The notes under the pieces are model-generated. The model was not told the DNA's origin. It saw nothing but the letters and a program-made list of their open reading frames with translations, and made no database searches. Below are positions 1 to 11,302 of a stretch of DNA of 64,000 nucleotides, piece after piece. Made by a program: the position numbers and the translations under genes. Position 1 is the stretch's first letter, and each line of letters opens with the position of its first letter. Origin of the DNA: Marsupella aquatica (lineage: Eukaryota; Plantae; Marchantiophyta); contig OZ316897.1 in NCBI GenBank assembly GCA_973895155.1, forward strand, positions 2,867,416-2,931,415, written 5' to 3'.

Positions 1-3000
1 ATAACTGGATCTCTAGTAAACCATTAAAATCATCATTTCTGAGCTAAGCAAGCGATCTCTACCTTTCAGTGGCTGTGATGTACGATGTCCAAGAGCTACG
101 GTGTCGTTGTCACCGTTGTGTTTCACATCTGTTGGAACCATCATGGAGGCATTGGCATCGCCGGCAACGGCATTTTCAATCTCCATCGCATTGCACATTC
201 TGTTTACGTGTAGCTCTGCGATACAATGCATGACTTCGTTGGTTGACGAATTGCAGACATTAGGAACAATATGAGAGCTTTCCAAGCATTCAGAAGTCTT
301 CACGATTTCTGGAAGAGACTGATTCACTCTGCTATAGTGTCCCATCAGTAGGTTTTCCTGACCTCTGTTATTCTTCCCCATCCTTCTGGTTAGCTGGTAT
401 CAATAGTTAGACTTAGCAATAACCTACCTCTGTTATTATACTTTCCCATTCCCTCACCCAAAACAGGTTTTAACAGGCACGTCCCGAAGTTACAAAGATC
501 TCCGAGGCTGGAATGGTTCTACTTGGGACGAGTTTGTTGCTGTGTGGAAGCGGGTTGGGTGTAGGACAGAACGAACTTCAAAGACTGAAAGAAAGAGATC
601 GGAAAATATATAAACGTCGTTCGAATGTCTAGAGAAAAGAATGACAACCGTGGTTGTACGAGGAATCCTACCAAGAAATTATGATTGTTGTGAGTAAATT
701 ACAGTACCGGGCATTCTAGGACCAGGTTCGGGATAACTACAGAGCATTCAAAGTAACCTCACCATCTGGCAGATTCCGCGACAGTCTCAGAGCTGTCTGT
801 TGCCTTTATAGTAGTTATAAAGGAGAACACATCAGCCCTTACAGTCTTTCCCAGCTCGAATCCCTGCTGAAGCTTTAACCACTACGTTTCATGGATTTCG
901 GAGCACATCCTACAAACGACAGAACCCTAAATATACCGAACCCAGCAAGGACTCACCTTTATACCGAGCTCCAAATCTCCGCTGAATTTCGTCGGCATTC
1001 GAAGCCTAAGACGTCGGCTGGTCAGAGAAGTCTCGTAAGCTAGCTCTGCAGACGAATCAGCAAAGAAATGCGGACGGGTCATGGAGTCCCCTGAAGCGAC
1101 CCTGGAAGGCAACCGTCGTAAAATTCAAGAATTGTGGCAGACTGCACGGATCCCCATAGCTGTCCCTCAACGCTACTCCATCCACAACCTCGAGGAAAAC
1201 CCTCCCGTTCCCAGCTGCTGCTGCTGCCGGATGGAGTACCATCCTCCTCCCAACGCCTTATTTCACGCAGCAATCGTCTTCATCAACATCGCCATTACAG
1301 ATCCGTCCACTGGCAAGACTTTGTACGCTTCAATAGTAATACAAATTAGGTCTCCTCCGCCTACAAGTATTCGTCAGCTTGCTTTGTCTGGAGTCTGGAC
1401 CTCCCGCGACCGAGCGACGACCGCACCACGCGAAAGCATTCCGAGCCCGACGTAAGATAACATTAAATGAGGGCAATTGCGAATCGGACTTAAGCAACAA
1501 AAGCAATCAAGCGACTAATAAGTCAAGTTCCCTGCACCGATACACCACACCGCCCGTTGCGATCAGCAACGCCAGAGCTGGAATCATGCCCGTCGCTCGC
1601 GCATATCGAACTTCACGGAGTGTGTAGTACTCAGGCAGCTGCAATTGCCGTCGAATGAATCGATAATACTCTCGGCAAGAATCATTTAGCAGACCGAACG
1701 GAGCTTCCGCCAAGTACAGATTTAGCAAACCACATGATATCACCGAGGCAGAGGAAAGGGAATTCGGGCAATGTCTTTGGGTGCTTCAAAGTTAATCTCG
1801 ATGACACACAGTAGTAGTTCAAGTACCATAGCTCCGAATCCCACGGAGAGAGAGCATCACACAGAGAACAAATCGAGGTTGGAAATTGCATCAGGACAAC
1901 CATTTCAAATTTCAAATGCCGGCCGAGTGATAGGGGATTTGAACTGCCGTTAGGTTCGGGTTTTCGCTCGGCCTACGTTCGGCTTGCCGCCGGCGTACCG
2001 ACGGTAGCACTTTGCGTCAGGAATGGGTGATGTATCAGTGTTTAGCAGAGAGAGAGAGGGCGCCAAAGTTTGGTTTACTGGTGATTAGTTTGTAATAAAA
2101 AAGGAATTATTTTAATTTATCGATAAGGGCAAAAAACCAACAGGGTGACTATCAAACCTGTACTTGGTTTCTTTTTTTTTTCTTTTTTTTTTCTTTTTTT
2201 TAAGTGAATGAGCCAATGGCCAAAAACTTTATTCCAAAATAATGGGCAAAAAGAGCCAACAAATAGCCTGCCTGGGAGGAGGAGGCAGGGAAGAAAAGAG
2301 ACAATTAGGGGAGGCCAAAAGAAGGGGCACTCCCAGAGAAACGGGAGAATGAGACCAAACTGCCTGTAGGGGGGGAGGCAGAGCAAGGGGGGAAAGGAGG
2401 GACCTCGGAGAAATGAGAGAAAAGAGAACCAGACAATCAATGCCCCGTCCAAAGTCGGAAACTGCCTGGAACCAAACTGGGAAAGTGCCTCCACCGATCA
2501 ATCACTGGCTGGCAATGAACAGAACGCTAGTCACCTCTGCACTTGGCGTGGATTGCCGGAAACATTAATTTTTATTAGCCCACCAATGGTGTGTTGCATA
2601 CTTACGAGTGCAATAGTGTTGTTGTTGAAGTCAGATTATCATTGCGGTCGGATTGCTGTTACGAAACAGGTTTCTGACATTAAAACTATAACTTGGTCGA
2701 AGTGTCACCCTGCATTAAATACCACTTCCAATAGGGCGTCTCAGAGTAGAGGTCGGGCCCGTTAACACCGGTCCATAACTTGGAAGTTACGGACTACTCC
2801 ATAAGGGTTATGGGAGGCCAAAACCGGCTCCCGTAATTTTGTGTCGTGACCCTAAGACGTAACCCGTGAACTGTAGCTAACGGGAGGGATGGCCCAAGTT
2901 GAAGCGCGAACACTGTATGCTTTTTTGAAGATCGTTCAAACTATGACTGATGCGGGCGTGTCATGCTCGGATTTTCAGTACTCCCGATCTGCATCTTCGA

Positions 3001-3337
3001 CTTGGAACTTGGTTCACTCGATCGCTAACTTCGACTGGGAGTCTTGGTTCACTCGATTGCTCATTTCGAGAGCACAGACAGGGCTTTGGTGTGGACCTAG
3101 CTGGGAGACGTGGGTGCATCGATTCTGGAATCGGCAGGCGATCGAGCTTGTGCAGGCGATTGAGCTTACGCAATCCAGAAATCCAGCGGGGCTGCAAGGA
3201 GCCATACATGCAGTGCCAGGTGAAGTCTGTTTTCTGAAGCTTGTGTTGTTGGAATGCATTTCGATTACTCGCTCATTCTGGTATATTTGTGCGCCGTGTT
3301 TCAACTGAGTAGTGCTACTGCATTGCAGAGTTTGAGA

Positions 3338-4024
3338 ATGGTTTCATGGACTACACTAGGCGAAGTGGAGGAAAGAAGGGCCGCAGGAGCCAATGAAGTT
3401 TTCTCCCCTTCTCTAGTGTGGGTAGTGAACTATGTGGCAACTAATCCCCATCCTCGTAGATTCGTCTATTTAGCTTGTCCTTACAGACTGAAAACAGGCC
3501 GAATGTGTGCGAAATCCCTTGAATTGGGACCCAAGTGTGACCACATGCTTCCAGGGAGGTATGCTTTCAGATTTGGTGTACGCATCGTTGACGCAATTCA
3601 TGGGGACGTGAAACCTGTCACTGCTCAAGTCTGGGATGTTGCAGAAATTCTCCTAGATTGTGATGCAATAAACTTTTCGATGTGCACAGAGCATGCCCAG
3701 ATCGAGTTCTTGCATTCGATTATGCAGGAGTCACCGAGGGTTAAGATTTGGCTATCTGTTTATGATTTTCAAATCAAAGTCCAGCATTTGACATTCTTTG
3801 ACGAACGTCCTGTAGTGCATCTCCCTCCCACCCAGGCATGCTTTGTTTCTCCACAGTGTAATGTGAAGCACAAGGAGCGAGTCACTCCACATTCCCCTAT
3901 AGGAAGCCACGGCAGCACATCGGGTAGCACACCAAAGAAAACAGACAAAAAACCAGCAAAACCTGTTGGAGAAGCTATAGAGGACCTCGTTCGGTCTTTG
4001 AAGTTTTATGATTTGGATGGCTAG
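3338..4024 (+). CDS. RPA1 C-terminal-like zinc-binding OB-fold (ssDNA-binding) protein
   Basis: FVYLACP..C.K.L....C.H....RYAFRFGVRIVDA...AQVWDVAEILL follows the Rep_fac-A_C pattern (YxAC..C.K...C...RY.l...i.D.tg...v.fd..ae.ll). First in-frame ATG at 3338. Confidence 0.6.
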   Translation: MVSWTTLGEVEERRAAGANEVFSPSLVWVVNYVATNPHPRRFVYLACPYRLKTGRMCAKSLELGPKCDHMLPGRYAFRFGVRIVDAIHGDVKPVTAQVWDVAEILLDCDAINFSMCTEHAQIEFLHSIMQESPRVKIWLSVYDFQIKVQHLTFFDERPVVHLPPTQACFVSPQCNVKHKERVTPHSPIGSHGSTSGSTPKKTDKKPAKPVGEAIEDLVRSLKFYDLDG

Positions 4025-4339
4025 TGTGTGTTATGTGTGCATATTTGTTTTGTGCCCTTTGGTACATCCGTCATAGGGAAAAATGTAACAGATTTTTATC
4101 TAATAATTGATTTACATCTTCTATTCTTGTCACAACAACCTATATTTGCTTACGACAATGAATTGCTCTCTGTCATTGGAATGTGATATATGTTTATTGT
4201 TGATGTTACTCTCTGTGTCATTTCATTATGCATGGATTCTTTTTATTCCAGAATTGGTATGAATTCATCTGACATGTTGCCTACTTCTCTAGTGTTCACG
4301 ATAGAACAATTCATTCCAACAACTCCTTGTGGAGAGACG

Positions 4340-5843
4340 ATGCCTCGACAATCATACCGACAGAAAGAATTGCAGGCTGTGCGTGATAAGTTGGTCTTGA
4401 ACATTCTTCTGGAAAGCTCAGATGATGACTTGCAAACCTCAGGTAGCGATGTGGACTCCCTAGATGAGTTCAGACTATCTAATTTGGATTCAGACCATGA
4501 TCTCTATTCATCAGATGACTCTGAGGACGAGGCCGACATTCTTGAATTGGAGGGGGCTCCACATGACCTGATGGAGACTTTGTATGCCATCATGGAGAGC
4601 ACCAGGTTTTTTGTTGACAAGAAAGTAACAAGTAAATCAAGGGAGTTTGCTTTACAGTATTTTGACAAGCTCCCTCCATTAATTTTTCGACAGATGACTC
4701 GGATGGACAAGGCATCCTTCTTTGCACTAGTTCACCTGATTGACCAGCACCCTGTTTTCTACAGCGACTCACAAAACCAACAGGCCCCCGTGGAGTGGCA
4801 ACTTGCTGTTATGCTTGATCGGTTGGGCCATGAAGGAAACGGTTCCTGCCTTAATCGATTGATTCCAACCTGGGGCGTAAGTAATGGTTCTCTATGCAAC
4901 TTCACAAATCATTGTTTCCATGCCCTGGAGGATGCACTGAAGGAATCCCTGACATGGCCTGCAAGTGCTGAACGCAAAGCAATTGCTCAAGAGTTTTCCA
5001 CAAAAGGTTTTCCAGGCTGTGTTGGGCTCATTGACGGTACCTTAATTCCTCTTTCTCAGCGGCCAGCAAACTCTGGGGAATGCTACTTTGATAGAAAGTG
5101 CCGCTACTCAATCAATGCCCAGGTGGTTTGTGACTACAAGCGAAAGATCTTATACTTATTCACTGGTAAGATGCTTTTAACATCTGACCTCATTCTCAAG
5201 GCTGCCGGTATTTTTGTATACCCTAGAGGTTTTATGTTTAGCAAACTAAGCTATGTTCACATGGGTTTGGTGTCTTGCAGGATTGCCCGGGTCCGTGTCT
5301 GATCTGACATGCTACAAAAGGTCATCGTTGTATCGCAATCAAGCTCAAAGGCATTTATTTAGCCGTGGTCAATATCTTTTGGGTGATAGTGGATATGAGC
5401 CCATGGATCACATGGTTTTTGCATACAAAAGAGCAGATACCAGCCAGGAGCGGGAGGACTTCAACATGTGTGTAGCAAAGTGTAGGGTAACCAATGAGCA
5501 TTGCATTGGTGTTTTGAAATCTAGGTGGCATTCCCTCAGAGAGATGCGTACCCAACTGAGATCCAAGAAGGAGATTGCCTGGCTAATTCGATGGATTATC
5601 ATGTGTGCACGATTGCACAATTTTGTCATTACACGTAATGACATGTGGACCGAAGAAGATTCCAAAATTCTTCTGGACAATGACTCAGATAGCGATGCAG
5701 AACGGGAGGAGCAACCTACTTTGCCAAACATTCGAAGAAGGCGTCCTTTACCACCTCGAACAACCTTGCAAACCATTATTATGGAATATGCACTTCAATT
5801 TCACAAGCAGCCAGGGGGCTGCTTGAATATGCGTAGCAACTAA
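4340..5843 (+). CDS. PIF/Harbinger DDE transposase (HARBI1/DDE_Tnp_4-like), 2 exons (4340-5165, 5281-5843), ~462 aa
   Basis: FRQMTRMDKASF, FPGCVGLIDGTLIP, YSINAQVVCD, GLPGSVSD (across the phase-1 GT-AG intron 5166-5280), YLLGDSGY, RVTNEHCIGVLKSRW, CARLHNF. DDE triad intact. Confidence 0.93.
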
Positions 5844-6455
5844 GTTCCACATTAGTGTAGAAGTATTACATTCTACCTCCCGAATCAATTATTTTGTAGT
5901 ACATAGCACTTGGCTCATCCAATCGATGACCTGGTGCTATCTTTGTATGTGGGAAATCTTCTGCAAATTGTTATAAATAAATCAGGAACTAGTGAGTTCC
6001 TTTGTATCTTGTCAAAAAACATGTGTTGTGCCAATTAAATTTTGTAACTGTGGTCTGCTCCACAATTGTTTTATACAAACTTGTAGCCAACAATCGCTGC
6101 ACTACTCAACTTCAATTTTTCCAACAACACTTTTAATTTCTTGCATGAACAAGGGATTGGGTGTACTTCTGCAAATTTTGGGGAGTTCATTTAGACAATC
6201 ATCTATCTAGTACGTAGGACATCAATCTGAATTACAGTTTAGAGTGTAGCCCATTATGCCTGGATTTACGTGTGTATGTGTTCAGAAGTTTCTTGTATGC
6301 ACAAATATGCTCCATAGTCCCTTCGGGTGCAAAATTATGTCATTCATACTTGTGCAAAACCGTGTCATTTATTGAAGATCAAGAATAATGATTGTGACAT
6401 TTATAGGAACCCACCATGTGACAACAATTACTCTAAGCTACATGTTATCCTGCAT

Positions 6456-7951
6456 CTACTCTACGTCTACAATGGGCAGCAATGTCCTAATCTCGTCAGG
6501 AGTCTTGGAGCTGCCAAAGAGTGTAGTCAACAATGCCATACGTTGAGCCGATTTTGACATCTCGACTGCATGATCTTGCTCAGCCTTAACCTTTTTAAGG
6601 GCATTTTCAGATGCAACCTGCTGTAGTACAAGCTCATGCTTCCGATCGAGACGTCGCTTTAGGAGAGCTTCTTGACGAGCCTCCAATCTAGCAGCACGAC
6701 GTTCTTCAAGGTCCTGCAGTTTCCACTTGTCTCTAGAGTGGATTAACTCTTTTCGATAGTCTGATTTTTGGGCGATCCTATCTGCATAGATTGCTGAGAA
6801 TGATGGTTTCCTGTTCTCTTGGGCACTCTTTTGCTGCCTATGCTGCTGTCTTGGTACCCTTCGGAGTTGGTGGCGGTCTCAGTGGAGTGGCTTGGACATT
6901 GTCCTTGCGAGGCTGCAAGGGATTGTGAGCACCAGTTGCACTGCCAGTGGGCAGAGGCCTAGTCTCCCCACTGTCCACATTCACATAATTCTTGCACTGG
7001 TGGCACTGACATGTATCAGAAACAATGTGGATGTTGTGTGCAGCAATACCCTCTAGGTGTTGCCAGAAATTCTCACGAGAGGGCGGGTTCCTGAGGGTGT
7101 CAGGCGTCGGTACATCTAGGGGACTGGTGTGCATCGATTCTACTTCTGATTGCACAGGTGTATCTGGAGCAAGGCAATCATGGAAGGAGTATTACTTTAA
7201 GCAAGGATATCATGATTCTAAAAGAACAAATGTCGCTCGCACATATTATGAATTGAGAAGCGAGTGGAAATGTCATTACAAGTAACATGTACGTCACATC
7301 TTCATTGCAACTAAGGCCACACTTTCTTACCTTCAAGGATGATAGTAGGGGTGTGAGCTGGGATAACATCTGGGTAAAGGAGTTCCTCGCCATATTGCGA
7401 GTATCCCTCGGTGTCACCTGACTCCTCCAGCAGGACCAGGTCAGTCTCATAAATTCCAACATCTCCAAGGACTTCTGGAGCAACATTGGGCCTCTCTCCG
7501 TAGAGGGTATGCATGCGCTCAAAGTATGGACAGAGTCGGTTCAACTTGTCCTCCAATGTAAGGCCCATTCTGAGGTCATCTTCGGTGAGGCCTCCACCCG
7601 ACTGGAACTTCACGTCTCTGGCATCCTTGTAACGCTTCACAATCGTTGAAATCTTTTTGTCAAATTGGGTGCAGTTATCTCTCGCGGAAATCCATGGTGT
7701 TGCAATGCAGCCAACATCTGACGGAAAATAGTGGCCTTGCTCTGATACTTGCCTCCCACCCTCGTCTTCTTGCCTGCACCGTGAATGGCATTGAAATTTT
7801 CTGGAATTTCCAAGTAGCTGACAATGAGCTCGTAGTCTTGGTCTTTCAGACGAAATTTGTCTGCCGTCTCCTTGCCCCTAGTTGGAACAGGTCATGGAGC
7901 ATTGAATGTTCCTCGACCTCTAACATATCCAGCGCTACCTGAATTTGCCAT
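6456..7951 (-). pseudogene. Harbinger partner (Myb/SANT-like DNA-binding protein with coiled-coil C-terminus), disrupted
   Basis: Convergent with the transposase. ATG at 7951; YLEIPENFNAIHGAG...KRYKDARD..SGGGLTEDD..LEDKLNRLCPYFERMHTLYGERPNV. In-frame TGA at 7892-7894, frameshift near 7642, intron 7164-7330, and another frame change near 6840. Confidence 0.75.
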
Positions 7952-9009
7952 GTGAGCTGAGAGGAATCGGTGAGCAGGAGGCGCAATCTGTTGAGCACTT
8001 GGACTCCAAGGCTGAAAATTGTAAAAAATCCCTAGCGAGATTGCTAAGCCCGTCACTGAATGCGAAGGTGCTGGAAAGCCAGAATCATCCTCAGAACACG
8101 ATTTCGGACCGACCGAGAAGTGTGTCGGAGTTCTCGTTTAGCCCGATCCCGTTTTTTTTCTAAGGCAATGCAATGACCGATAAAACTGGCAAAAACTCTC
8201 CGAAACGCCACTTTCCTCCATTGCATCGCCGCGGGAATGCAGGGAGCGATACGTGCATCGGGTTTTACATTCCGTCAGTGAAAAAGTCCGAACTGTGAGT
8301 AACTTGGTCCGAACCGCGTAATCCAGGAACGACCACGCACTAACCCAGGTAAAAGGGGAACTTAACCATGGTTAAGGGGAAATTAACCATGGTTTAGAGC
8401 GTCTCCTATATAAAGAGGAGCGGGCTGCCCATAAAATGTTTGCTTTCACCAGAGCAAATATCTCCTGACTGAGAGCAAATACCAAACTCCCATCAAGTCT
8501 TACATTCCTCCCAAGCGATTCAACTCTTTCTACCGAAAACCCGATAAATTTATCGGAACAGCCATTCCTGTTCAAGTTCTCCATGTAAGACTAACTAGTC
8601 ATTTAGTGTAAAATGTCCAGATCCGAGCGGACTGCGATAAATTTATCGCATTTTGCATTGCTCTGTTGCAATCATTTGATCCAGTGTGTTTAGAGAGGTG
8701 TTGCCTTCATTCCCATAAATTTATCGGAGTCTCCATTCCTTTCATGGAAAGAGGAGTAATTGAGAATCCGATAAATTTATCGGAGTTGTCATTTTTGTGA
8801 AAGATTGAATTCAGGGCTTAGGTGTTTGAGGAAGTCATATTTTCAATTCGAATGCGGAGTGCGATAAACTTATCGCATCCTCCTGTGAGAATCATTTTCC
8901 TTTGTTTTGTTTGGAGACTCATCTTCATCTTTGATGTCGCAGTGTTGTCGGGTTTAGGAGGCACAACGGAAGGTCAATTGCACTCCGTGGACAACAGGTA
9001 TTGTGACAA

Positions 9010-9339
9010 ATGGCTGTCTTCCTTGAAAATCATGTCAAACGTGCACGCCGGTTGTACAAGAGACTCGTGCGACTCAAAGTTCTCCCCATCGGTATAGGAG
9101 CATTGTGGATGGGTGGTACTGATCCTGGAGATAGGCAGAATCCTCTCCGCATTGAATTCTACGGAATGAATGATGTAGGAGTTCCAATTCGTTCGAGGTT
9201 GATGTTAACGGCGTGTTTACATTCTTTGGAGTTTTCTTGTAACTATTGTTGTCGTCGTCTTGATAACAAGTACCACAAACAGGCTCACTTCTGTTGTAAG
9301 ATTTGGAACGAAGACCCTTGGGTGAACCTTTCACGATGA
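9010..9339 (+). CDS. Small Cys/His-rich orphan protein (109 aa)
   Basis: ATG-initiated ORF in the TE cargo cassette with CNYCC and HFCC motifs. No recognisable family. Confidence 0.4.
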   Translation: MAVFLENHVKRARRLYKRLVRLKVLPIGIGALWMGGTDPGDRQNPLRIEFYGMNDVGVPIRSRLMLTACLHSLEFSCNYCCRRLDNKYHKQAHFCCKIWNEDPWVNLSR

Positions 9340-9527
9340 GTGTTTCGACCTTTTCATTGAGGCGCATCTTGGAAGGACATATTTAAATAAACAAGTCCTA
9401 CCCTTGCGCAGCGAATATAATACGTCACGAGTCCTAATCGTTAAACTGTCATGCAGGGTTGGTACTGTGTTTGGTTACACCTGGTGATTGAAGGTATTTT
9501 TATTGGTGGTTTTGGTAGCTCTGCTTC

Positions 9528-10076
9528 ATGGCTGCATCGGAGAATCTAATCGTTGCAAAGATGGGATCCGTTTTAGCCCACGAGCGTAGGAAATATATTC
9601 GAGGAAAAGTACCCGGTGTGGAATGCGGAAGTTTGTTGAATGGACTTCCCGATGAACTCGTTGAATCTCACATTTGGCCCCTCCTAGCCTTGTCTTGCAC
9701 ACAAGATGAACACCTTGGCCTTGACCTAAAACTTCTACCAGAAGAACGACTGACTCGAATGAGAACAATCATTTGTCTTGGAGCCACCTCGAAGAAATGG
9801 AACCATCTTGTTGTTGGTACACGATTTTGGGCGCTATTGAAATATGCAGTCCGTGAGATCAATGACATAAACAAAATGCTCGCAAGCATTCCTAATGCCG
9901 TCCTTCTCTCAAACCTACATATTGCTAGGGTCTTCCGAGAGGAAACTCATTTCCTCCCTCCCATAGATATGCTTGGGTGCTTCTCGTATGACCGATTAGA
10001 TGCATTTCTTAGAGTTTGGGTAAATCTTGGAGAAAGCGGGAAGCGGACAATTCTTGCATGGCATGGACGAGTCTGA
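9528..10076 (+). CDS. F-box-like protein (182 aa)
   Basis: LLNGLPDELVESHIWPLL...IICLGATSKKWNHLV matches the F-box consensus LPxEl..Il..L...l..l..vsK.W..l, with an insertion. Confidence 0.6.
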   Translation: MAASENLIVAKMGSVLAHERRKYIRGKVPGVECGSLLNGLPDELVESHIWPLLALSCTQDEHLGLDLKLLPEERLTRMRTIICLGATSKKWNHLVVGTRFWALLKYAVREINDINKMLASIPNAVLLSNLHIARVFREETHFLPPIDMLGCFSYDRLDAFLRVWVNLGESGKRTILAWHGRV

Positions 10077-10368
10077 GTGGATGAGGCATTGCAGCGAACA
10101 TCCGATAAATTTATCGCACTCCTCATTCCTCTAGTCGATTTTGGGTGCTTGTAAAGAAACACTTTGAATATAATTGACTCTGCCTCCCCTGACTTCGGGT
10201 TGTGTGGTCCAGAGTGTATTTTTTTGCGCCTCTTCGGACGATTAGCTGACAAGTGCATTGGCTTCACAGCCCGTTATACAAGGTACTGTAAAGTTGGATG
10301 AAACTTGTAGAATTGTAATTAGTATGTTCTCCAAAATTTATTCCTGATTTCTATTCGGTGATCAGGCC

Positions 10369-11082
10369 ATGCTCGAGCGACGCATTTTTGTACCCTTCCC
10401 GGATCCTCCAGAATGGGGGAATGGAGCCATGCTGGACCAGCTAAGGAGGCTGGATGAGTCACTAATTTTAAAGATATGCAGGCTGGTAGTAAAACCATTT
10501 TACCATAACGCATTTCACTTCTACGTAGATCAGGTAGGGGGAGAAATTTATATTCGGTGGGATAGATATGTTGGATTTTCTAGAAGAGTTATCCTACTCT
10601 TTCTGAAAACTGGTGCAGTAAGACATTTTATACTCCACTATTGTCATGTTGTGAAGGGCAATCCTGCTTATGAGCCCGAATTCTATGTCGACAACAGACG
10701 TAGAGCATTCGATGAGATTCAAGATGTGATTGACGAGCTGGACAATCCTCTTGCCACCGAGTTTTTTATTGACACTGGTGGGAAACTATATTCATACAAG
10801 ATTCGTCAACTCCCCCCCCAGCCGGTCTGTGGGCTCTTTAACTTGATCTATGTAAGTTGCCTGTGGACGAACGTCCTTGCCAATGGTGAGATCTGTCCAT
10901 GAAGAATAAATGCTTGTTGTGACATTCCGTCACGCCGGTATTCAGTAGCAGTAGTGAATCCTGAGACTGGTGAAGTTGATTTCCATTGGCTGTGGGCTTA
11001 TGATCATTGCGTCACTCATATTCCCCAATGGCCCAAGAAGCGGATCGAACGCTTCGCTCTGGCGAGGTTCAACTATGATTAG
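10369..11082 (+). pseudogene. Orphan protein (~237 aa) with one in-frame TGA
   Basis: ORF 10369-10902 continues open in the same frame after TGA 10900-10902 (RINACCDIP...FALARFNYD) to TAG 11080-11082. Confidence 0.55.
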
Positions 11083-11302
11083 GGTTTAGGTTTAGGGGTT
11101 AAGGTTTTGGATTTAGGGTTCCGTAGCTGATTCTTCGACCTGTACACTCGGCCGTCAATTTAAAGAAGGCTCACTTTTGCGATAATTTTATCGGTCTCTT
11201 TGTCCTTGTGTGATGAGATGTCGTGTCCACATGTGCTATGAGATTGGCGGCGATAATTTTATCACTCTTTGCATTGGAATTTGTTTATTTACAGACTTTT
11301 CC

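Noticed and set aside
13-381. 122-aa minus-strand ORF at the window start
   Set aside because: No recognisable motif. It may be an exon of a gene continuing outside the window, but this cannot be supported here.
2117-2501. Hydrophobic Phe/Leu/Pro-rich ORFs (also 20500-20970, 47115-47433, 60291-60659)
   Set aside because: Translations of purine/pyrimidine-skewed low-complexity or tandem-repeat DNA.
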